Source: Rhodospirillales bacterium (lineage in GTDB: Bacteria > Pseudomonadota > Alphaproteobacteria > Bin95). Taken from it: 64,000 nt of DNA. A program made the position numbers and the translations under genes. The notes beneath the pieces were generated by a model. It saw only the letters and a list, made by a program, of their open reading frames with translations, was not told where the DNA came from and made no database searches. The stretch lies in contig JAYQLI010000035.1 in assembly GCA_038143065.1 (NCBI GenBank), positions 2,624,894-2,688,893 on the forward strand, read 5' to 3'. How positions within the stretch are numbered: the stretch's first letter is position 1; each line of letters opens with the position of its first letter. Positions 48,448-60,457 of the stretch are shown in pieces.

Positions 48448-49188
48448 ATGTCTCAACGTACCGGTCTAATTGGCCGAAAACTTGGAATGACACGATTATT
48501 CGGTGAAGGTGGGGCTCATGTTCCAGTCACCGTAATCGATGTATCCGGCAATGTTGTTGGGGCGCAGCGGCAAGCGGAGTAGGATGGCTATACCGCCCTT
48601 CAGCTTGGATTTGGTGCCGCAAAGCCAAAGAATGTAAGCCAACCTGAGCGAGGGCATTTTGCAAAGGCATCAGTGGAGCCTAGGCAGCGTCTCAAAGAGT
48701 TCCGTGTGTCAGACGATGCGGTAGTTGACGTCGGGGCCGAATTGACTGCTGGCCATTTCGTTGAGGGCCAATTAGTTGATGTTACCGGCACCACGATCGG
48801 TAAGGGTTTTGCTGGTGCCATGAAGCGTCATGGTTTTGGTGGTCTCCGCGCTAGCCATGGTGTTTCAATTTCTCACCGCTCGCACGGTTCAACCGGTAAC
48901 AGTCAAGATCCCGGCAAGGTCTGGAAGGGCAAAAAGATGGCGGGGCAGATGGGTGCAAAGCAGCGCACTGCTCAGCACCTCCAGGTTGTCCGCGTTGATA
49001 GTGAGCGCGGATTGGTCCTCCTTAAAGGTGCGATACCAGGCTCTGAAGGGGGTATTGTCTACCTGCGAGATTCTGTTCGTCGTCCTCTCCCAGAGGGAGC
49101 ACCGCTCCCTGCGGGTATGAAAAGCGATGCAGTTGCGGTTGCCGCCGATGCCCCTGAAGACACCCCAGCAGAAGTTGGGGAGGAGTAA
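48448..49188 (+). CDS. rplC: 50S ribosomal protein L3; in-frame TAG at 48580-48582
   Basis: Frame from ATG 48448 ([21 protein letters not shown]) continues through [12 protein letters not shown] into ORF 48673-49188 ([20 protein letters not shown]). Confidence 0.95.
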
Positions 49189-49191
49189 CCG

Positions 49192-49812
49192 ATGAAGCTC
49201 CAAGTTAAGACTCTATCCAACGCTGATGCCGGCGAAATCGACGTCGCTGATGAAGTGTTCGGTATCGCTCCTCGAGCGGACATACTTGCTCGCGTCGTCC
49301 GCTGGCAGCTAGCTAGGCGCCAGGCAGGAACGCACAAAACGAAAGAACGCGGTGAAATTGCCCGGACGAAGTCAAAGATTTACCGTCAAAAGGGTACTGG
49401 CCGTGCACGGCACGGGAGCGCAAACGCTAACATCTTCCGTGGTGGTGGTGTGTCACACGGCCCGCGGGTACGTAGCCACGCGCACAACCTGCCGAAGAAG
49501 GTCAGACGGTTAGGGATGCGTTCAGCGCTTTCTGCAAAGCAGGCTGAAGGTAAGATGTTAATCGATGACTCGCTTACTCTGGATGAAACGAAAACTAAGG
49601 TCCTGCAACAAAACCTTGGCGTATTTGGGGCTCGATCCTACCTCCTGGTAGGTGGGAGCGAAGTCGACGCTGGGATCATCCGAGCTGCTCGTAACTTGGA
49701 CGGGGTGGATGTCCTCCCGCAACAAGGCGCGAATGTATACGATATTTTGCGGCGTGAAATGCTCATCATGTGTCGAGATGCCGTTGAACACTTGGAGGCC
49801 CGTTTGAAATGA
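49192..49812 (+). CDS. rplD: 50S ribosomal protein L4
   Basis: [20 protein letters not shown]. Confidence 0.98.
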   Translation: MKLQVKTLSNADAGEIDVADEVFGIAPRADILARVVRWQLARRQAGTHKTKERGEIARTKSKIYRQKGTGRARHGSANANIFRGGGVSHGPRVRSHAHNLPKKVRRLGMRSALSAKQAEGKMLIDDSLTLDETKTKVLQQNLGVFGARSYLLVGGSEVDAGIIRAARNLDGVDVLPQQGANVYDILRREMLIMCRDAVEHLEARLK

Positions 49813-50141
49813 GCCGAGCTCGTACCATCCGGGGCCCGGCCCCCAGGATCACACCTAATCAGATGGCTGATGTGCTTAGGGCACCGGTTATCAGCGAAAA
49901 GTCTACGCTGATTGCGGAACACAATCAGGTTACTTTCCGTGTTGCAATCGACGCGGATAAGTCGCAAATCAAACAGGCTGTCGAGGGTCTGTTTGGCGTG
50001 ACAGTGTTGAAAGTTAATACCATTCGCCAAAAGGGAAAAGTTAAGCGTTTTCGTGGAATGCTTGGTCAGCGTAGCGACACGAAAAAGGCAATAGTGACTT
50101 TGGCAGATGGCGACTCTATCGATCTCGCGGCCGGGCTCTAG
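49809..50141 (+). CDS. rplW: 50S ribosomal protein L23
   Basis: [25 protein letters not shown]. Confidence 0.97.
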   Translation: MSRARTIRGPAPRITPNQMADVLRAPVISEKSTLIAEHNQVTFRVAIDADKSQIKQAVEGLFGVTVLKVNTIRQKGKVKRFRGMLGQRSDTKKAIVTLADGDSIDLAAGL

Positions 50142-50163
50142 GTCGGGCGAGGAGTAAGGAACT

Positions 50164-50993
50164 ATGGCGTTAAAGCAATATAAACCAACCTCCGCAGGTC
50201 GTCGCGGTTTAGTCCTTGTAGACAGGTCTCAGCTCTGGAAGGGGCGTCCTGTTAAGGAACTTACCGAAGGTTTGCAAAAAACGGGTGGCCGCAATAATCA
50301 CGGCCACATTACCTCACGGCATCGTGGTGGTGGCCATAAGCGCCGCTACAGGTTTATTGATTTTAAACGCATCAAGGACGGTGTATCAGCTGTTGTAGAG
50401 CGCCTCGAATATGATCCCAACCGGACTGCATTTATCGCCCTACTTAAGTACGACGACGGCGAGTTGGCTTATATCCTCGCCCCTCAGCGGCTAAATGTGG
50501 GCGATGTAGTTATGTCCGGGCAGGATGCAGACATTAAGCCTGGTCACGCAATGAAGCTGCGTTACATCCCAGTGGGTACAATTGTGCATAATGTCGAGTT
50601 AAAGCCTGGCAAAGGCGGACAAATGGCCCGTTCGGCTGGAGCATATGTTCAGCTAGTTGGGCGCGATGCGGGGCAGGCTCTGCTTAGATTGCCCTCGGGT
50701 GAAGTTCGGATGGTTAGCCAGGAATGTATCGCTACAGTTGGAGCCGTTTCAAACCAAGATAATTCCAACCAAACCTTCGCAAAGGCCGGTCGGAATCGTT
50801 GGAGAGGCAAGCGCCCCCATGTGCGCGGCGTGGTGATGAACCCAGTTGATCACCCTCATGGTGGTGGCGAAGGCCGCACATCTGGTGGACGCCACCCTGT
50901 CACTCCCGGGGCAAGCCCACCAAAGGTCATAGAACACGTAAGAAGAAGCCGTCTGACTCACAAATTGTGCGTCGCCGGTACGGAAAGGGTTAA
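50164..50993 (+). CDS. rplB: 50S ribosomal protein L2; frameshift near 50905
   Basis: [25 protein letters not shown]; true tail [17 protein letters not shown] ends at 50993. Confidence 0.97.
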
Positions 50994-50996
50994 ACA

Positions 50997-51275
50997 ATGG
51001 CACGTTCCGTTTGGAAGGGCCCTTTTGTTGATGGTTATCTGCTTAAAAAAGCTGATGCTGTTCGCGAAAGTGGACGTAACGACGTGATCCGTACTTGGTC
51101 GCGGAGATCGACAATATTACCGCAATTTGTTGGGCTTACATTTGCAGTCCACAACGGTCAAAAGTTCATCCCGGTTTCGGTAAACGAAAACATGGTTGGC
51201 CATAAGTTTGGGGAGTTTTCACCAACCCGGACTTATTACGGACATGCTGCTGATAAAAAGGCGAGAAGAGGCTAA
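50997..51275 (+). CDS. rpsS: 30S ribosomal protein S19
   Basis: [23 protein letters not shown]. Confidence 0.98.
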   Translation: MARSVWKGPFVDGYLLKKADAVRESGRNDVIRTWSRRSTILPQFVGLTFAVHNGQKFIPVSVNENMVGHKFGEFSPTRTYYGHAADKKARRG

Positions 51276-51664
51276 TGAGTAAAAAGCCAAATGCTCCACG
51301 CGTAGCTGAAAACGAAGCTCGTGCTTTTGTTAAGCACCTGCGTGTGAGCCCTCGGAAGTTAAATCTCGTGGCTCAAATGATTCGCGGCATGGCAGCAGAA
51401 GACGCTCTGGTTGCGCTTAGCTTCTCTCGCAAGCGCATATCAAATGATGTGAAGAAGGCCCTATCTAGCGCAATCGCTAATGCCGAAAACAACCACCAAC
51501 TTGATGTCGACCGGCTGATTGTGGCGGAAGCCTCTGTGGGCAAGCAGATGATGATCAAGCGCATCAGGGCACGTGCCCGCGGCCGCGCTGCGCGGGTGGA
51601 GAAGCCCTTCAGCAATTTAACCATTGTTGTGCGGGAAGTTGAAGAAGTCGAGGAGGCCGCGTAA
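51275..51664 (+). CDS. rplV: 50S ribosomal protein L22
   Basis: [25 protein letters not shown]. Confidence 0.98.
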   Translation: MSKKPNAPRVAENEARAFVKHLRVSPRKLNLVAQMIRGMAAEDALVALSFSRKRISNDVKKALSSAIANAENNHQLDVDRLIVAEASVGKQMMIKRIRARARGRAARVEKPFSNLTIVVREVEEVEEAA

Positions 51665-52371
51665 TGGGGCATAAAGTTAATCCAGTTGGTCTCCGCGTCG
51701 GCGTCAATAGGACCTGGGAGTCACGTTGGTACGCAGGAAAAGAATTCGGCAACACACTGCACGATGACCTAGCTATTCGTGAGTATGTGCACAGTCGACT
51801 AGCACAAGCCGGGATTTCGCGTATCCTGATTGAGCGTCCAGCAAAAAAACCAAGGGTAACGATCTATTCTGCCCGCCCTGGAGTAGTAATTGGTCGTAAA
51901 GGCGCGGATATTGATAAGCTCCGCCTCGACTTGAACAAAATTACCAACTCGGACGTTTCTCTCAATATCGTTGAAGTGCGTAAGCCTGAAATTGATGCTC
52001 AGCTGGTTTCCGAAAACGTTGCGCAACAGTTAGAGCGCAGGGTCTCTTTCCGGCGTGCTATGAAAAGGGCAGTGCAATCTTCGATGCGCCTTGGGGCTTT
52101 GGGTATTCGCTTGAACGTCGCTGGGCGCTTAGGTGGTGCCGAAATAGCGCGTACCGAGTGGTATCGCGAAGGGCGGGTCCCACTGCATACCCTCCGCGCC
52201 GATATCGACTATGGTTTTTCCGAGGCTAAAACCACTTACGGTATTTGTGGTGTGAAGTGTTGGATCTTCAAAGGTGAAGTGCTCGGGCATGACCCAATGG
52301 CACGTGATAAACGACTGGCAGAACAGCAGCCCTCTTCGGGTAACAGCCGTTCCGGTCAGCAAGACCGTTAA
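51664..52371 (+). CDS. rpsC: 30S ribosomal protein S3
   Basis: [25 protein letters not shown]. Confidence 0.98.
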   Translation: MGHKVNPVGLRVGVNRTWESRWYAGKEFGNTLHDDLAIREYVHSRLAQAGISRILIERPAKKPRVTIYSARPGVVIGRKGADIDKLRLDLNKITNSDVSLNIVEVRKPEIDAQLVSENVAQQLERRVSFRRAMKRAVQSSMRLGALGIRLNVAGRLGGAEIARTEWYREGRVPLHTLRADIDYGFSEAKTTYGICGVKCWIFKGEVLGHDPMARDKRLAEQQPSSGNSRSGQQDR

Positions 52372-52389
52372 GTTCGGAGAAGTACGCTA

Positions 52390-52809
52390 ATGCTAAGTCC
52401 AAAACGTACTAAATACCGGAAAGCCCATAAGGGTCGCATCCACGGTAATGCTAAGGGTGGAACTGATCTCAATTTCGGGTCTGTGGGCTTGAAGGCCATG
52501 CAACCAGGGCGGATTACTGCCCGTCAAATTGAGGCAGCTCGTCGTGCTATGACGCGGCACATTCGCAGGCAGGGCAAGGTATGGATAAGAATTTTTCCGG
52601 ATGTGCCGGTGTCTACCAAGCCAGCGGAAGTTCGCATGGGTAAGGGCAAGGGTTCTCCAGAGTACTGGATGTGCCGTGTTAAGCCGGGACGTATTATGTT
52701 TGAGATGGAAGGTGTTCCTTCGGACATAGCCCGGGTGGCGTTTGAGCTTGCGGCTGCAAAGCTTCCCATCTCAACGCGTGTGGTTACGCGGCTTGGTCAA
52801 GAAGGTTAA
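52390..52809 (+). CDS. rplP: 50S ribosomal protein L16
   Basis: [19 protein letters not shown]. Confidence 0.98.
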   Translation: MLSPKRTKYRKAHKGRIHGNAKGGTDLNFGSVGLKAMQPGRITARQIEAARRAMTRHIRRQGKVWIRIFPDVPVSTKPAEVRMGKGKGSPEYWMCRVKPGRIMFEMEGVPSDIARVAFELAAAKLPISTRVVTRLGQEG

Positions 52810-52813
52810 GTAG

Positions 52814-53011
52814 ATGAAAGCAATAGACACCCGCGCGAAGTCTGGTGACGAACTCAAGGAAAGTTTGGCTAACCTGAAAAAGGAAGCGCTTAACCTGCGC
52901 TTTCAACAGGCTTCAGGTCAGTTGGATAATACAGCACGTCGCAAAATGGTGCGTCGTGATATCGCTCGAATTCTTACGGTGCTCGAAGAGCGTCGTAGGT
53001 CACAGGGCTAG
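52814..53011 (+). CDS. rpmC: 50S ribosomal protein L29
   Basis: [21 protein letters not shown]. Confidence 0.96.
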   Translation: MKAIDTRAKSGDELKESLANLKKEALNLRFQQASGQLDNTARRKMVRRDIARILTVLEERRRSQG

Positions 53012-53025
53012 GAGGCAAGGGCAAG

Positions 53026-53274
53026 ATGCCGAAGCGTATTTTGAAAGGCGTTGTGGTCAGCGATAAAATGGATAAATCCATCGTGGTTCGCGTTGAACGT
53101 CGTGTTCGTCACAAGGCCTACGGTAAGTTCATTACCCGGTCCAAGAAATTTATGGCACACGATGAAACTAATGAATTTAAGACAGGTGACCAGGTCGAAA
53201 TAATCGAAAGCCGCCCACTCTCTGCGCGGAAGCGCTGGTCTGCTGTAAGTCAGCAGGCGCCTGCAGGAGAGTGA
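53026..53274 (+). CDS. rpsQ: 30S ribosomal protein S17
   Basis: [21 protein letters not shown]. Confidence 0.97.
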   Translation: MPKRILKGVVVSDKMDKSIVVRVERRVRHKAYGKFITRSKKFMAHDETNEFKTGDQVEIIESRPLSARKRWSAVSQQAPAGE

Positions 53275-53277
53275 TAA

Positions 53278-53646
53278 ATGATCCAAGTTGAATCCAATTT
53301 AGACGTGGCCGATAACTCTGGCGCCAAGCGTGTTCAATGCATACGAGTGCTAGGTGGCACCGGGCGCCGGTATGCGAGTGTCGGTGATATCATTATCGTT
53401 TCAGTGAAAGACGCAATTCCCCGCGGTCGCGTGAAAAAGGGTGAAGTGCACAGGGCAGTTGTTGTGCGTACAGCCAAAGAGGTCCGCAGGGAAGATGGCA
53501 CTTCAATCCGTTTTGATAGAAATGCTGCAGTTCTGATCAACAATTCACAAGAGCCGATTGGGACTCGTATTTTTGGGCCGGTTGTTCGCGAATTGCGCGC
53601 ACGTCGTTTCATGAAAATCATCTCACTCGCTCCTGAAGTGCTATAG
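53278..53646 (+). CDS. rplN: 50S ribosomal protein L14
   Basis: [26 protein letters not shown]. Confidence 0.98.
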   Translation: MIQVESNLDVADNSGAKRVQCIRVLGGTGRRYASVGDIIIVSVKDAIPRGRVKKGEVHRAVVVRTAKEVRREDGTSIRFDRNAAVLINNSQEPIGTRIFGPVVRELRARRFMKIISLAPEVL

Positions 53647-53659
53647 GAGGTCGGTTCTG

Positions 53660-53974
53660 ATGCAGCGCATTCGTAAAGGCGACCAAGTCGCAGTTCTAGC
53701 GGGTCGAGACAAAGGTAAGCGTGGCGAAGTTCTACGTGTTATCCCGGCTGATAGCCGCGTGGTGGTTCAGGGCGTGAATGTCGTAAAACGGCATCGTAAG
53801 CCCACCCAGATGTCCGCAGGCGGGATTGAAGAGATTGAGGCGCCAATCCATGTATCAAATGTGGCGCACATTGACCCAGATTCTGACAAACCCACTCGTG
53901 TCGGTTTTAAGACTTTGGAAGACGGCAAGAAAGTCCGTTTCTCCAAGCGTTCCGGCGATGTTCTTGATCGGTAG
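53660..53974 (+). CDS. rplX: 50S ribosomal protein L24
   Basis: [26 protein letters not shown]. Confidence 0.97.
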   Translation: MQRIRKGDQVAVLAGRDKGKRGEVLRVIPADSRVVVQGVNVVKRHRKPTQMSAGGIEEIEAPIHVSNVAHIDPDSDKPTRVGFKTLEDGKKVRFSKRSGDVLDR

Positions 53975-53980
53975 GCAACA

Positions 53981-54520
53981 ATGGCGAGATTAAAAAGTCA
54001 TTACTTAGACGTTGTGCGTCCGGCATTGCTGGAAAAGTTCCAGTATCCAAACGCTATGCAGGCGCCGAAGTTGGACAAGGTAGTTATCAATATAGGTGTT
54101 GGAGAGGCTGTATCTGATTCTAAGAAAATCGATGCAGCAGTTCAGGACCTCACTCTGATCTCCGGCCAAAAACCAGTGATCACGAAAGCAAAGAAGTCTA
54201 TTGCGACGTTCAAACTTCGTGAAGGTATGGCCGTTGGTTGTAAAGTAACATTAAGGCGTGATCGGATGTTCGAATTCGTTGACCGTCTTGTTAATATTGC
54301 TCTTCCACGTGTGCGAGATTTCCGCGGCCTGAACGGTAAGGCGTTCGATGGGCGTGGCAATTACTCTATGGGCTTAAAAGAGCAGCTCGTATTCCCGGAA
54401 ATCGAATATGACAAGATTGATGAAATCCGGGGCATGGACATCATCATCTGCACGACGGCGAATACCGATGAGGAAGCTAAAGAACTCCTCCGCGGTTTTA
54501 ACTTCCCGTTCGTCAACTGA
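53981..54520 (+). CDS. rplE: 50S ribosomal protein L5
   Basis: [16 protein letters not shown]. Confidence 0.98.
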   Translation: MARLKSHYLDVVRPALLEKFQYPNAMQAPKLDKVVINIGVGEAVSDSKKIDAAVQDLTLISGQKPVITKAKKSIATFKLREGMAVGCKVTLRRDRMFEFVDRLVNIALPRVRDFRGLNGKAFDGRGNYSMGLKEQLVFPEIEYDKIDEIRGMDIIICTTANTDEEAKELLRGFNFPFVN

Positions 54521-54532
54521 GGAGATTGGGCC

Positions 54533-54838
54533 ATGGCAAAAATTGGCACGATTGAAACCAATGAGCGTCGCCGAAAGCTGACAGATCGTTATGCTGCAAA
54601 GCGTGCAGAGCTCAAGGCGATTGTGAACGATAAGACACTTCCTGCTGAAGAGCGGTTTGTTGCTACCCTCGCGTTAGCTGAATTGCCCCGCAATTCTTCA
54701 AAGACGCGCGTGCGCAACCGGTGTCGTGTAACGGGACGTCCACGCGGATATTACCGCAAGTTCCAAATTTCCCGCATCGCACTTAGGGATCTGGCCTCTG
54801 CGGCAATGATCCCTGGCGTTGTTAAGTCTAGTTGGTGA
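54533..54838 (+). CDS. rpsN: 30S ribosomal protein S14 (long, zinc-independent type)
   Basis: 101 aa, [26 protein letters not shown]. Confidence 0.97.
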   Translation: MAKIGTIETNERRRKLTDRYAAKRAELKAIVNDKTLPAEERFVATLALAELPRNSSKTRVRNRCRVTGRPRGYYRKFQISRIALRDLASAAMIPGVVKSSW

Positions 54839-54848
54839 GGGCCCACTA

Positions 54849-55247
54849 ATGTCGATGAGCGATCCTCTTGGGGATATGTTAACCCGCATTCGTAATGGGC
54901 AGCGCGCAGGACATGCTACGGTATCGTCTCCTGCATCAAAGCTCAGAGCTAATGTTTTAGACGTTCTGAAGCGCGAAGGCTATATCCGCGATTACTCCCT
55001 CAAGGGTAATGATGGCGGCCAAGGCGAAATCGCGATCGAGCTAAAATACTATGAGGGCGAGGCTGTAATCCGCACAATTCAGCGTGTTTCTAAGCCTGGA
55101 CGCCGAGTTTACTCCAAAATTGGTGATTTAAAGCCAGTGCGTAATGGCTTAGGTATCGCCATTCTATCGACCCCGTCGGGTGTCCTATCGGATCACGAAG
55201 CGCGCCAACGAAATGTTGGCGGCGAAGTGCTCTGCCAGGTCTTCTAG
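54849..55247 (+). CDS. rpsH: 30S ribosomal protein S8
   Basis: [27 protein letters not shown]. Confidence 0.98.
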   Translation: MSMSDPLGDMLTRIRNGQRAGHATVSSPASKLRANVLDVLKREGYIRDYSLKGNDGGQGEIAIELKYYEGEAVIRTIQRVSKPGRRVYSKIGDLKPVRNGLGIAILSTPSGVLSDHEARQRNVGGEVLCQVF

Positions 55248-55272
55248 AGCTGACGGAAAGAGGAACAGTCAT

Positions 55273-55806
55273 ATGTCGCGAGTGGGCAAAAACCCAATTG
55301 AAATACCCTCTGGGACGACTGTAAAAGTCGAGGGGCAGACCATTACAGCCAAAGGTAAGCTTGGCGAACGCCATCTTGAACTAGTCGAAACTATTGGTGC
55401 AGAGGTGGACGGTAGTCAGCTTCACGTGAATCCAAAGGAAAATCCAGATAGGCACAGAATGATGTGGGGCACCATGCGTAGTCTTGCACAGGGTCTTGTG
55501 ACCGGCGTATCCGAAGGGTTTACTCGTAATCTCGAAATCAACGGCGTTGGTTATCGAGCACAGGTTGAGGGTAAGAACCTCAAGCTACAGCTAGGGTTTA
55601 GCCATGATGTCGTTTATCCCATTCCAGACGGGATTGACATTAAGTGCGAGCGGCCAACCGCGATAGCAATCTCTGGTGCAGATAAGCAGCGAGTTGGACA
55701 GATCGCTTCCGAAATTCGTTCCTTCCGTCCTCCTGAGCCTTACAAAGGTAAGGGTGTGAAGTACGCCGAGGAATTCATCTTCCGTAAGGAAGGCAAGAAG
55801 AAGTAA
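55273..55806 (+). CDS. rplF: 50S ribosomal protein L6
   Basis: [22 protein letters not shown]. Confidence 0.98.
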   Translation: MSRVGKNPIEIPSGTTVKVEGQTITAKGKLGERHLELVETIGAEVDGSQLHVNPKENPDRHRMMWGTMRSLAQGLVTGVSEGFTRNLEINGVGYRAQVEGKNLKLQLGFSHDVVYPIPDGIDIKCERPTAIAISGADKQRVGQIASEIRSFRPPEPYKGKGVKYAEEFIFRKEGKKK

Positions 55807-55822
55807 CAGGAACCCAAGGGCT

Positions 55823-56179
55823 ATGTTTACTACAAAACAGCGTTTTGACCGTAGAGTTCGGCGCACCCGATCGGCGCTCCGGAAAAAGTCACGTGGACGT
55901 CTTAGACTGTCTGTGTTTCGCTCCGGGCGTCATATCTATGCTCAAGTAATCGACGATACAAAAGGTGCAACTTTGGCTGCTGCTTCGACGGTTGAAAAAG
56001 ATCTTCGTGCGAAAAGTGGTGCCGGCGTAGAAGCGGCCTCGGAAATAGGTCGCCTGGTGGCAGAGAGAGCAAAGGCAGCCGGTGTCGATGAGGTGGTGTT
56101 CGACAGGGGCGCCTATAAATTTCATGGTCGCGTTAAAGCGCTGGCCGAAGCCGCCCGCGAAGGCGGGCTGAAGTTCTAG
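55823..56179 (+). CDS. rplR: 50S ribosomal protein L18
   Basis: RLSVFRS, VVFDRG.YKFHGRV. Confidence 0.97.
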   Translation: MFTTKQRFDRRVRRTRSALRKKSRGRLRLSVFRSGRHIYAQVIDDTKGATLAAASTVEKDLRAKSGAGVEAASEIGRLVAERAKAAGVDEVVFDRGAYKFHGRVKALAEAAREGGLKF

Positions 56180-56193
56180 GGTAGGGCAGCATT

Positions 56194-56766
56194 ATGGCAA
56201 GAGGACCAAGGGGCGAACGCGCTCGAGATCGCGAAGAGTCGGACATCATCGAAAAGTTGGTGTCAATCAACCGCGTTGCTAAGGTTGTTAAGGGTGGCCG
56301 TAGGTTCGGCTTTTCTGCCCTTGTGGTGACAGGAGATGGAGCTGGGCGAGTTGGGTTTGGTTCCGGGAAGGCGAAAGAAGTGCCGGAGGCAATTCGCAAG
56401 GCTACCGAGCAGGCCAAGCGGAAAATGGTCCGCGTTGCGCTGCGCGAGGGGCGCACACTGCATCATGACGCCACCGGTGAGTATGGCGCAGGTAAAGTGG
56501 TCGTTCGCGCTGCTCCTCCAGGCACCGGTGTTATTGCTGGTGGACCAACACGTGCCGTTTTTGAGGCACTCGGGGTGCAGGACGTTGTGGCCAAATCTAT
56601 TGGTTCCTCCAATCCTTACAACATGGTGAAAGCCGCGTTCGAGGCACTTGTAAAGACCCAGTCGCCTCGTCAGGTGGCGGCAAGAAGGGGGCTTAAAGTG
56701 CCTGAAGTTCTTGGCCGTCGAGGGTCAAAAGCTGACGCCGCGGACGCCGCGTCTTCTGCGGAGTGA
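56194..56766 (+). CDS. rpsE: 30S ribosomal protein S5
   Basis: [22 protein letters not shown]. Confidence 0.98.
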   Translation: MARGPRGERARDREESDIIEKLVSINRVAKVVKGGRRFGFSALVVTGDGAGRVGFGSGKAKEVPEAIRKATEQAKRKMVRVALREGRTLHHDATGEYGAGKVVVRAAPPGTGVIAGGPTRAVFEALGVQDVVAKSIGSSNPYNMVKAAFEALVKTQSPRQVAARRGLKVPEVLGRRGSKADAADAASSAE

Positions 56767-56772
56767 TAAGGT

Positions 56773-56967
56773 ATGGCTAGCAAGAAAAAAAATACATTGC
56801 GCGTTCGGCAAACTGGAAGCCCTATCCGGCGTGTCGAAAGTCAACGTTCCACACTGCGTGGGCTAGGCCTAAATAAGATCGGCCGCATTCGCGAGTTGGA
56901 GGATACTCCATCAGTTCGTGGTATGATTCGCAAAGTTTCACACATGGTTGAGATCGTAGAAGGTTAG
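56773..56967 (+). CDS. rpmD: 50S ribosomal protein L30
   Basis: [24 protein letters not shown]. Confidence 0.96.
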   Translation: MASKKKNTLRVRQTGSPIRRVESQRSTLRGLGLNKIGRIRELEDTPSVRGMIRKVSHMVEIVEG

Positions 56968-57041
56968 TAGTTCGCCTTACTTGCAGCGTTGCAGGGGGAA
57001 TGCAAGCCCCTGCGAAAGTAAATTGGAAGAGGAATGGCCTT

Positions 57042-57522
57042 ATGAGGCTTGAAGATATTCGTGACAATCCTGGTGCCTCGAAACCCAAAAAGCGTGTTGG
57101 TAGAGGTATAGGCTCGGGTGTCGGTAAGACCTCTGGCCGCGGTGTTAAAGGTCAGAAGTCTAGGCGTGGCGTTGCCATTAAAGGATTTGAGGGTGGCCAA
57201 ATGCCTGTTTATCGGCGTTTGCCAAAGCGGGGTTTTACCTCACCAAACAAAGTAGTCTACCAGATAGTGAATTTGACTGCGTTGGAGCGTGCCGTAGAGG
57301 CTGGTAAGCTCAAGGCAGGACAGTCGGTGGATCGCGAGGCTTTAGTGGCAGCTGGTCTAGTACGTGCCAATGGAACACCAGTTCGAATTCTTGGTAAGGG
57401 AGCCATAAAGGCATCTCTGAATCTTAATGTTCATAGTGCTTCTTCGGCTGCAAAGGTCTGCTGTTGAGGCTGCAGGTGGAACTATCGTCGTTGCTGTTGC
57501 AACAGAAGAGGCAAACTCCTAA
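57042..57522 (+). CDS. rplO: 50S ribosomal protein L15; frameshift near 57457
   Basis: [30 protein letters not shown]; tail AVEAAGG in another frame, with TAA overlapping the secY ATG. Confidence 0.96.
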
Positions 57523-58871
57523 TGGCTTCAGCAGCCGAAAGGTTGGCCGCCAACGTCAATTTTTCGGCGTTTGGTAAAGCCACAGAGCTTAAACAGCGAA
57601 TATGGTTTACTCTTGGGGCTCTGATTGTCTACCGCCTTGGAACCTACTTACCTATTCCGGGCGTTGATTCAGCTGTTCTTGCTGAGGTGTTCAATGCGGC
57701 AGGTGGAGCAGGCGTGCTCGGCATGTTTGACATGTTTGCCGGTGGTGCTCTTGGCCGTATGTCAATATTTGCTCTCAACATCATGCCGTACATCTCGGCT
57801 TCAATTATCGTACAACTACTGACTGCAGTTTTACCTTCCTTCGAGCAGATGAAGAAGGACGGAGAGGCCGGTCGAAAGAAGCTGAACCAATATACGAGGT
57901 ACGGGACCGTAGCTCTGGCAGCGGCGCAGGCAATTGGGCTTGCTAGTGGTGTGTCGAGCTTCAGCGGGCCTAATGGCCCTGCAGTAGCTGATCCAGGGGC
58001 TATTTTTTATATTTCCACGGTGGTTACCATTGTTGGTGGCACGATGTTTTTAATGTGGCTTGGTGAGCAAGTGACAGCCCGTGGGGTAGGCAACGGAATT
58101 TCGCTTATTATCTTTGCAGGTATCGTAGCAAATTTGCCTCAGGCACTCGCACAGGTCTTTGAGTTAAGCAGAACCGGCGCGATGTCTGCAGCTTTCCTTA
58201 TCCTTTTATTGGCTTTGGCCATTGGGGTGATTGTGTTTGTTGTATTTGTTGAGCGGGCCCAACGGCGCTTAATCGTTCAATACCCGAAAAGGCAAGCGGG
58301 AAATGGTATGGTCGGTGGTGAAAGTAGTCATCTACCCCTAAAGCTGAATACAGCTGGCGTTATCCCACCAATTTTTGCGAGCTCCCTACTATTGCTCCCT
58401 GCTACTTTTCAGAGCCTAGGAGCGAACGAAAATCTTCCAGATTGGCTTCAGTTTGTTCTCGCATACATGGCTCCTGGTCAGCCAATTTACCTGCTGCTGT
58501 ATCTTTCCATGATTGTTTTCTTCTGTTTTTTCTACACATCAATTGTATTCAATCCCGAGGAAACAGCCGATAATTTACGGAAGAATGGTGGGTTTATCCC
58601 GGGGATCCGTCCGGGTAAAAACACTGCTCTGCACCTCGAGTATGTGCTAGAAAGATTGACGGTAGCTGGTGCTGCGTACTTGGCCTTGGTTTGTCTGCTG
58701 CCTGAAATCCTTCGCTCTCAATATGCGGTGCCGTTTTATTTTGGTGGAACAAGTTTATTGATCGTTGTGAGCGTAACGATGGATACGGTGGCGCAAGTCC
58801 AAAGCCATCTTATTGCCCATCAATATGAAGGCCTTATAAAGCGGCAGAAATTGCGGGGCCGGCGCCGATGA
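57522..58871 (+). CDS. secY: Preprotein translocase subunit SecY
   Basis: SIFALNIMPYISASII, GNGISLIIFAGI, FGGTSLLIVV. Confidence 0.98.
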   Translation: MASAAERLAANVNFSAFGKATELKQRIWFTLGALIVYRLGTYLPIPGVDSAVLAEVFNAAGGAGVLGMFDMFAGGALGRMSIFALNIMPYISASIIVQLLTAVLPSFEQMKKDGEAGRKKLNQYTRYGTVALAAAQAIGLASGVSSFSGPNGPAVADPGAIFYISTVVTIVGGTMFLMWLGEQVTARGVGNGISLIIFAGIVANLPQALAQVFELSRTGAMSAAFLILLLALAIGVIVFVVFVERAQRRLIVQYPKRQAGNGMVGGESSHLPLKLNTAGVIPPIFASSLLLLPATFQSLGANENLPDWLQFVLAYMAPGQPIYLLLYLSMIVFFCFFYTSIVFNPEETADNLRKNGGFIPGIRPGKNTALHLEYVLERLTVAGAAYLALVCLLPEILRSQYAVPFYFGGTSLLIVVSVTMDTVAQVQSHLIAHQYEGLIKRQKLRGRRR

Positions 58872-59440
58872 ACATTATTCTTTTGGGCCCTCCAGGCGCG
58901 GGTAAGGGGACCCAGTCTGATTTATTAGTAAATGGACGGGGTCTGGTTCAGCTATCTACCGGAGATATGCTACGGGCGGCTGTGGCAGCCAAATCTGAGG
59001 TGGGCATTCGCGCACAGGCTATCATGGATCGTGGGGATCTAGTTTCTGATGATGTCGTAATCGATATTATCTCTGACCGCCTTGATGATGATGACACCAA
59101 AGCGGGTGTGATTTTTGATGGATTTCCTCGCACTGTTGCGCAAGCGGAGGCTCTAGACAAACTGCTTTCAAGTAAAGGTTTAAGCCTTGATGCAGTTATC
59201 GAGCTTTCAGTCGACGAAGACGCGTTGGTGTCTCGTATCGTAAATCGTGCAGGCGAATCGAGTGATGCAAGAGCAGATGATAACGTAGAAATTCTGCGTA
59301 ATCGGCTAGTTGTGTACAAGGAGCAGACGGCTCCAATCATCCCATATTACCGAGAGAAGGGTGCTTTAAAAACCGTAGACGGGATGGGAAGTGTTGAGGT
59401 CGTGGCCTCTGCTATTGCTTCCATCTTAGATGCGGCATAA
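58868..59440 (+). CDS. adk: Adenylate kinase (short-LID type)
   Basis: GPPGAGKGTQ, LSTGDMLR, FDGFPRT, RADDN. Confidence 0.97.
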   Translation: MNIILLGPPGAGKGTQSDLLVNGRGLVQLSTGDMLRAAVAAKSEVGIRAQAIMDRGDLVSDDVVIDIISDRLDDDDTKAGVIFDGFPRTVAQAEALDKLLSSKGLSLDAVIELSVDEDALVSRIVNRAGESSDARADDNVEILRNRLVVYKEQTAPIIPYYREKGALKTVDGMGSVEVVASAIASILDAA

Positions 59441-59467
59441 ATGCATCATTCAGATTGGTAGAATGGA

Positions 59468-59495
59468 TTGACGGAACGGGGCGAAGCCCTATAAT
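59468..59495 (+). promoter_or_regulatory. Sigma70-type promoter of the alpha operon
   Basis: TTGACG-16 nt-TATAAT followed by cccgcgc, upstream of rpsM. Confidence 0.7.
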
Positions 59496-59564
59496 CCCGC
59501 GCTTCCTAACAGGGCCTAACAACAGGTTGGGTTCTCGGGAGAGCGGTATCAGGAGGACGGTAAA

Positions 59565-59933
59565 GTGGCGCGAATTGCTGGCGTCAATATCCCAACAAAC
59601 AAGCGCGTTCACATCGCGCTTACGTATATTCATGGGATAGGCCCTAATAAAGCTCGTGAAATTTGCGAGAAGGTCGAGATCGAAGCCCATCGCCGCGTTA
59701 ATGACTTGACGGAACAAGAAGTCATAAACATTCGCGAGACGATTGACCAAGATCATATGGTTGAAGGTGACCTTCGTCGCGAAGTCGCGATGAATATTAA
59801 GAGACTTATGGACCTGGGATGTTATCGTGGTCTGCGCCATCGGCGCAACTTGCCAGTGCGAGGACAGCGGACACACACAAATGCTCGCACTCGCAAGGGT
59901 AAAGCACGAGCAATACCTGGTAAAAAGAAATAA
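59565..59933 (+). CDS. rpsM: 30S ribosomal protein S13 (GTG start)
   Basis: [26 protein letters not shown]. Confidence 0.98.
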   Translation: MARIAGVNIPTNKRVHIALTYIHGIGPNKAREICEKVEIEAHRRVNDLTEQEVINIRETIDQDHMVEGDLRREVAMNIKRLMDLGCYRGLRHRRNLPVRGQRTHTNARTRKGKARAIPGKKK

Positions 59934-59965
59934 TCCCCTATATTTAGGGTTAGAAGGAGTTACCC

Positions 59966-60361
59966 ATGGCGAAAGGCGCGGCATCGACGCGCGTCCGTAG
60001 GCGCGAACGCAAGAACATTACATCTGGCGTCGCCCACGTGAATGCGTCTTTTAACAATACCATGATCACGATCACCGATGTCCAAGGCAATGCTATTGCG
60101 TGGTCTTCTGCCGGTGCTCAGGGGTTTAAGGGCAGCCGGAAGTCAACTCCTTTTGCGGCGCAGGTCGCAGCAGAAGATTGTGCTCGGAAGGCAATGGAGC
60201 ACGGTGTTAAAAATCTTGACGTAGAGGTCAAGGGACCAGGTTCGGGGCGTGAATCGGCGCTCCGTGCACTTCAGGCCGCTGGCTTCCAGATTGCAGCAAT
60301 CCGAGATGTTTCTCCCATTCCGCATAACGGATGCCGGCCAAGGAAACGTCGCCGGGTTTAA
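59966..60361 (+). CDS. rpsK: 30S ribosomal protein S11
   Basis: [23 protein letters not shown]. Confidence 0.98.
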   Translation: MAKGAASTRVRRRERKNITSGVAHVNASFNNTMITITDVQGNAIAWSSAGAQGFKGSRKSTPFAAQVAAEDCARKAMEHGVKNLDVEVKGPGSGRESALRALQAAGFQIAAIRDVSPIPHNGCRPRKRRRV

Positions 60362-60457
60362 TTTTTGGGGGACGACAAGACAGGTCGTTCTGTATTAATC
60401 GAGTTCCGAAGGTACTCTAGTTTTTAACTTTACAGCCAGTCAGGGGCCAACAATCTC

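Noticed and set aside
48448-49188. Genome-wide TAG reassignment
   Set aside because: TAG ends many genes at their expected C-termini (fusA, rplW, rpmC, rplN, rplX, rpsH, rplR, rpmD).
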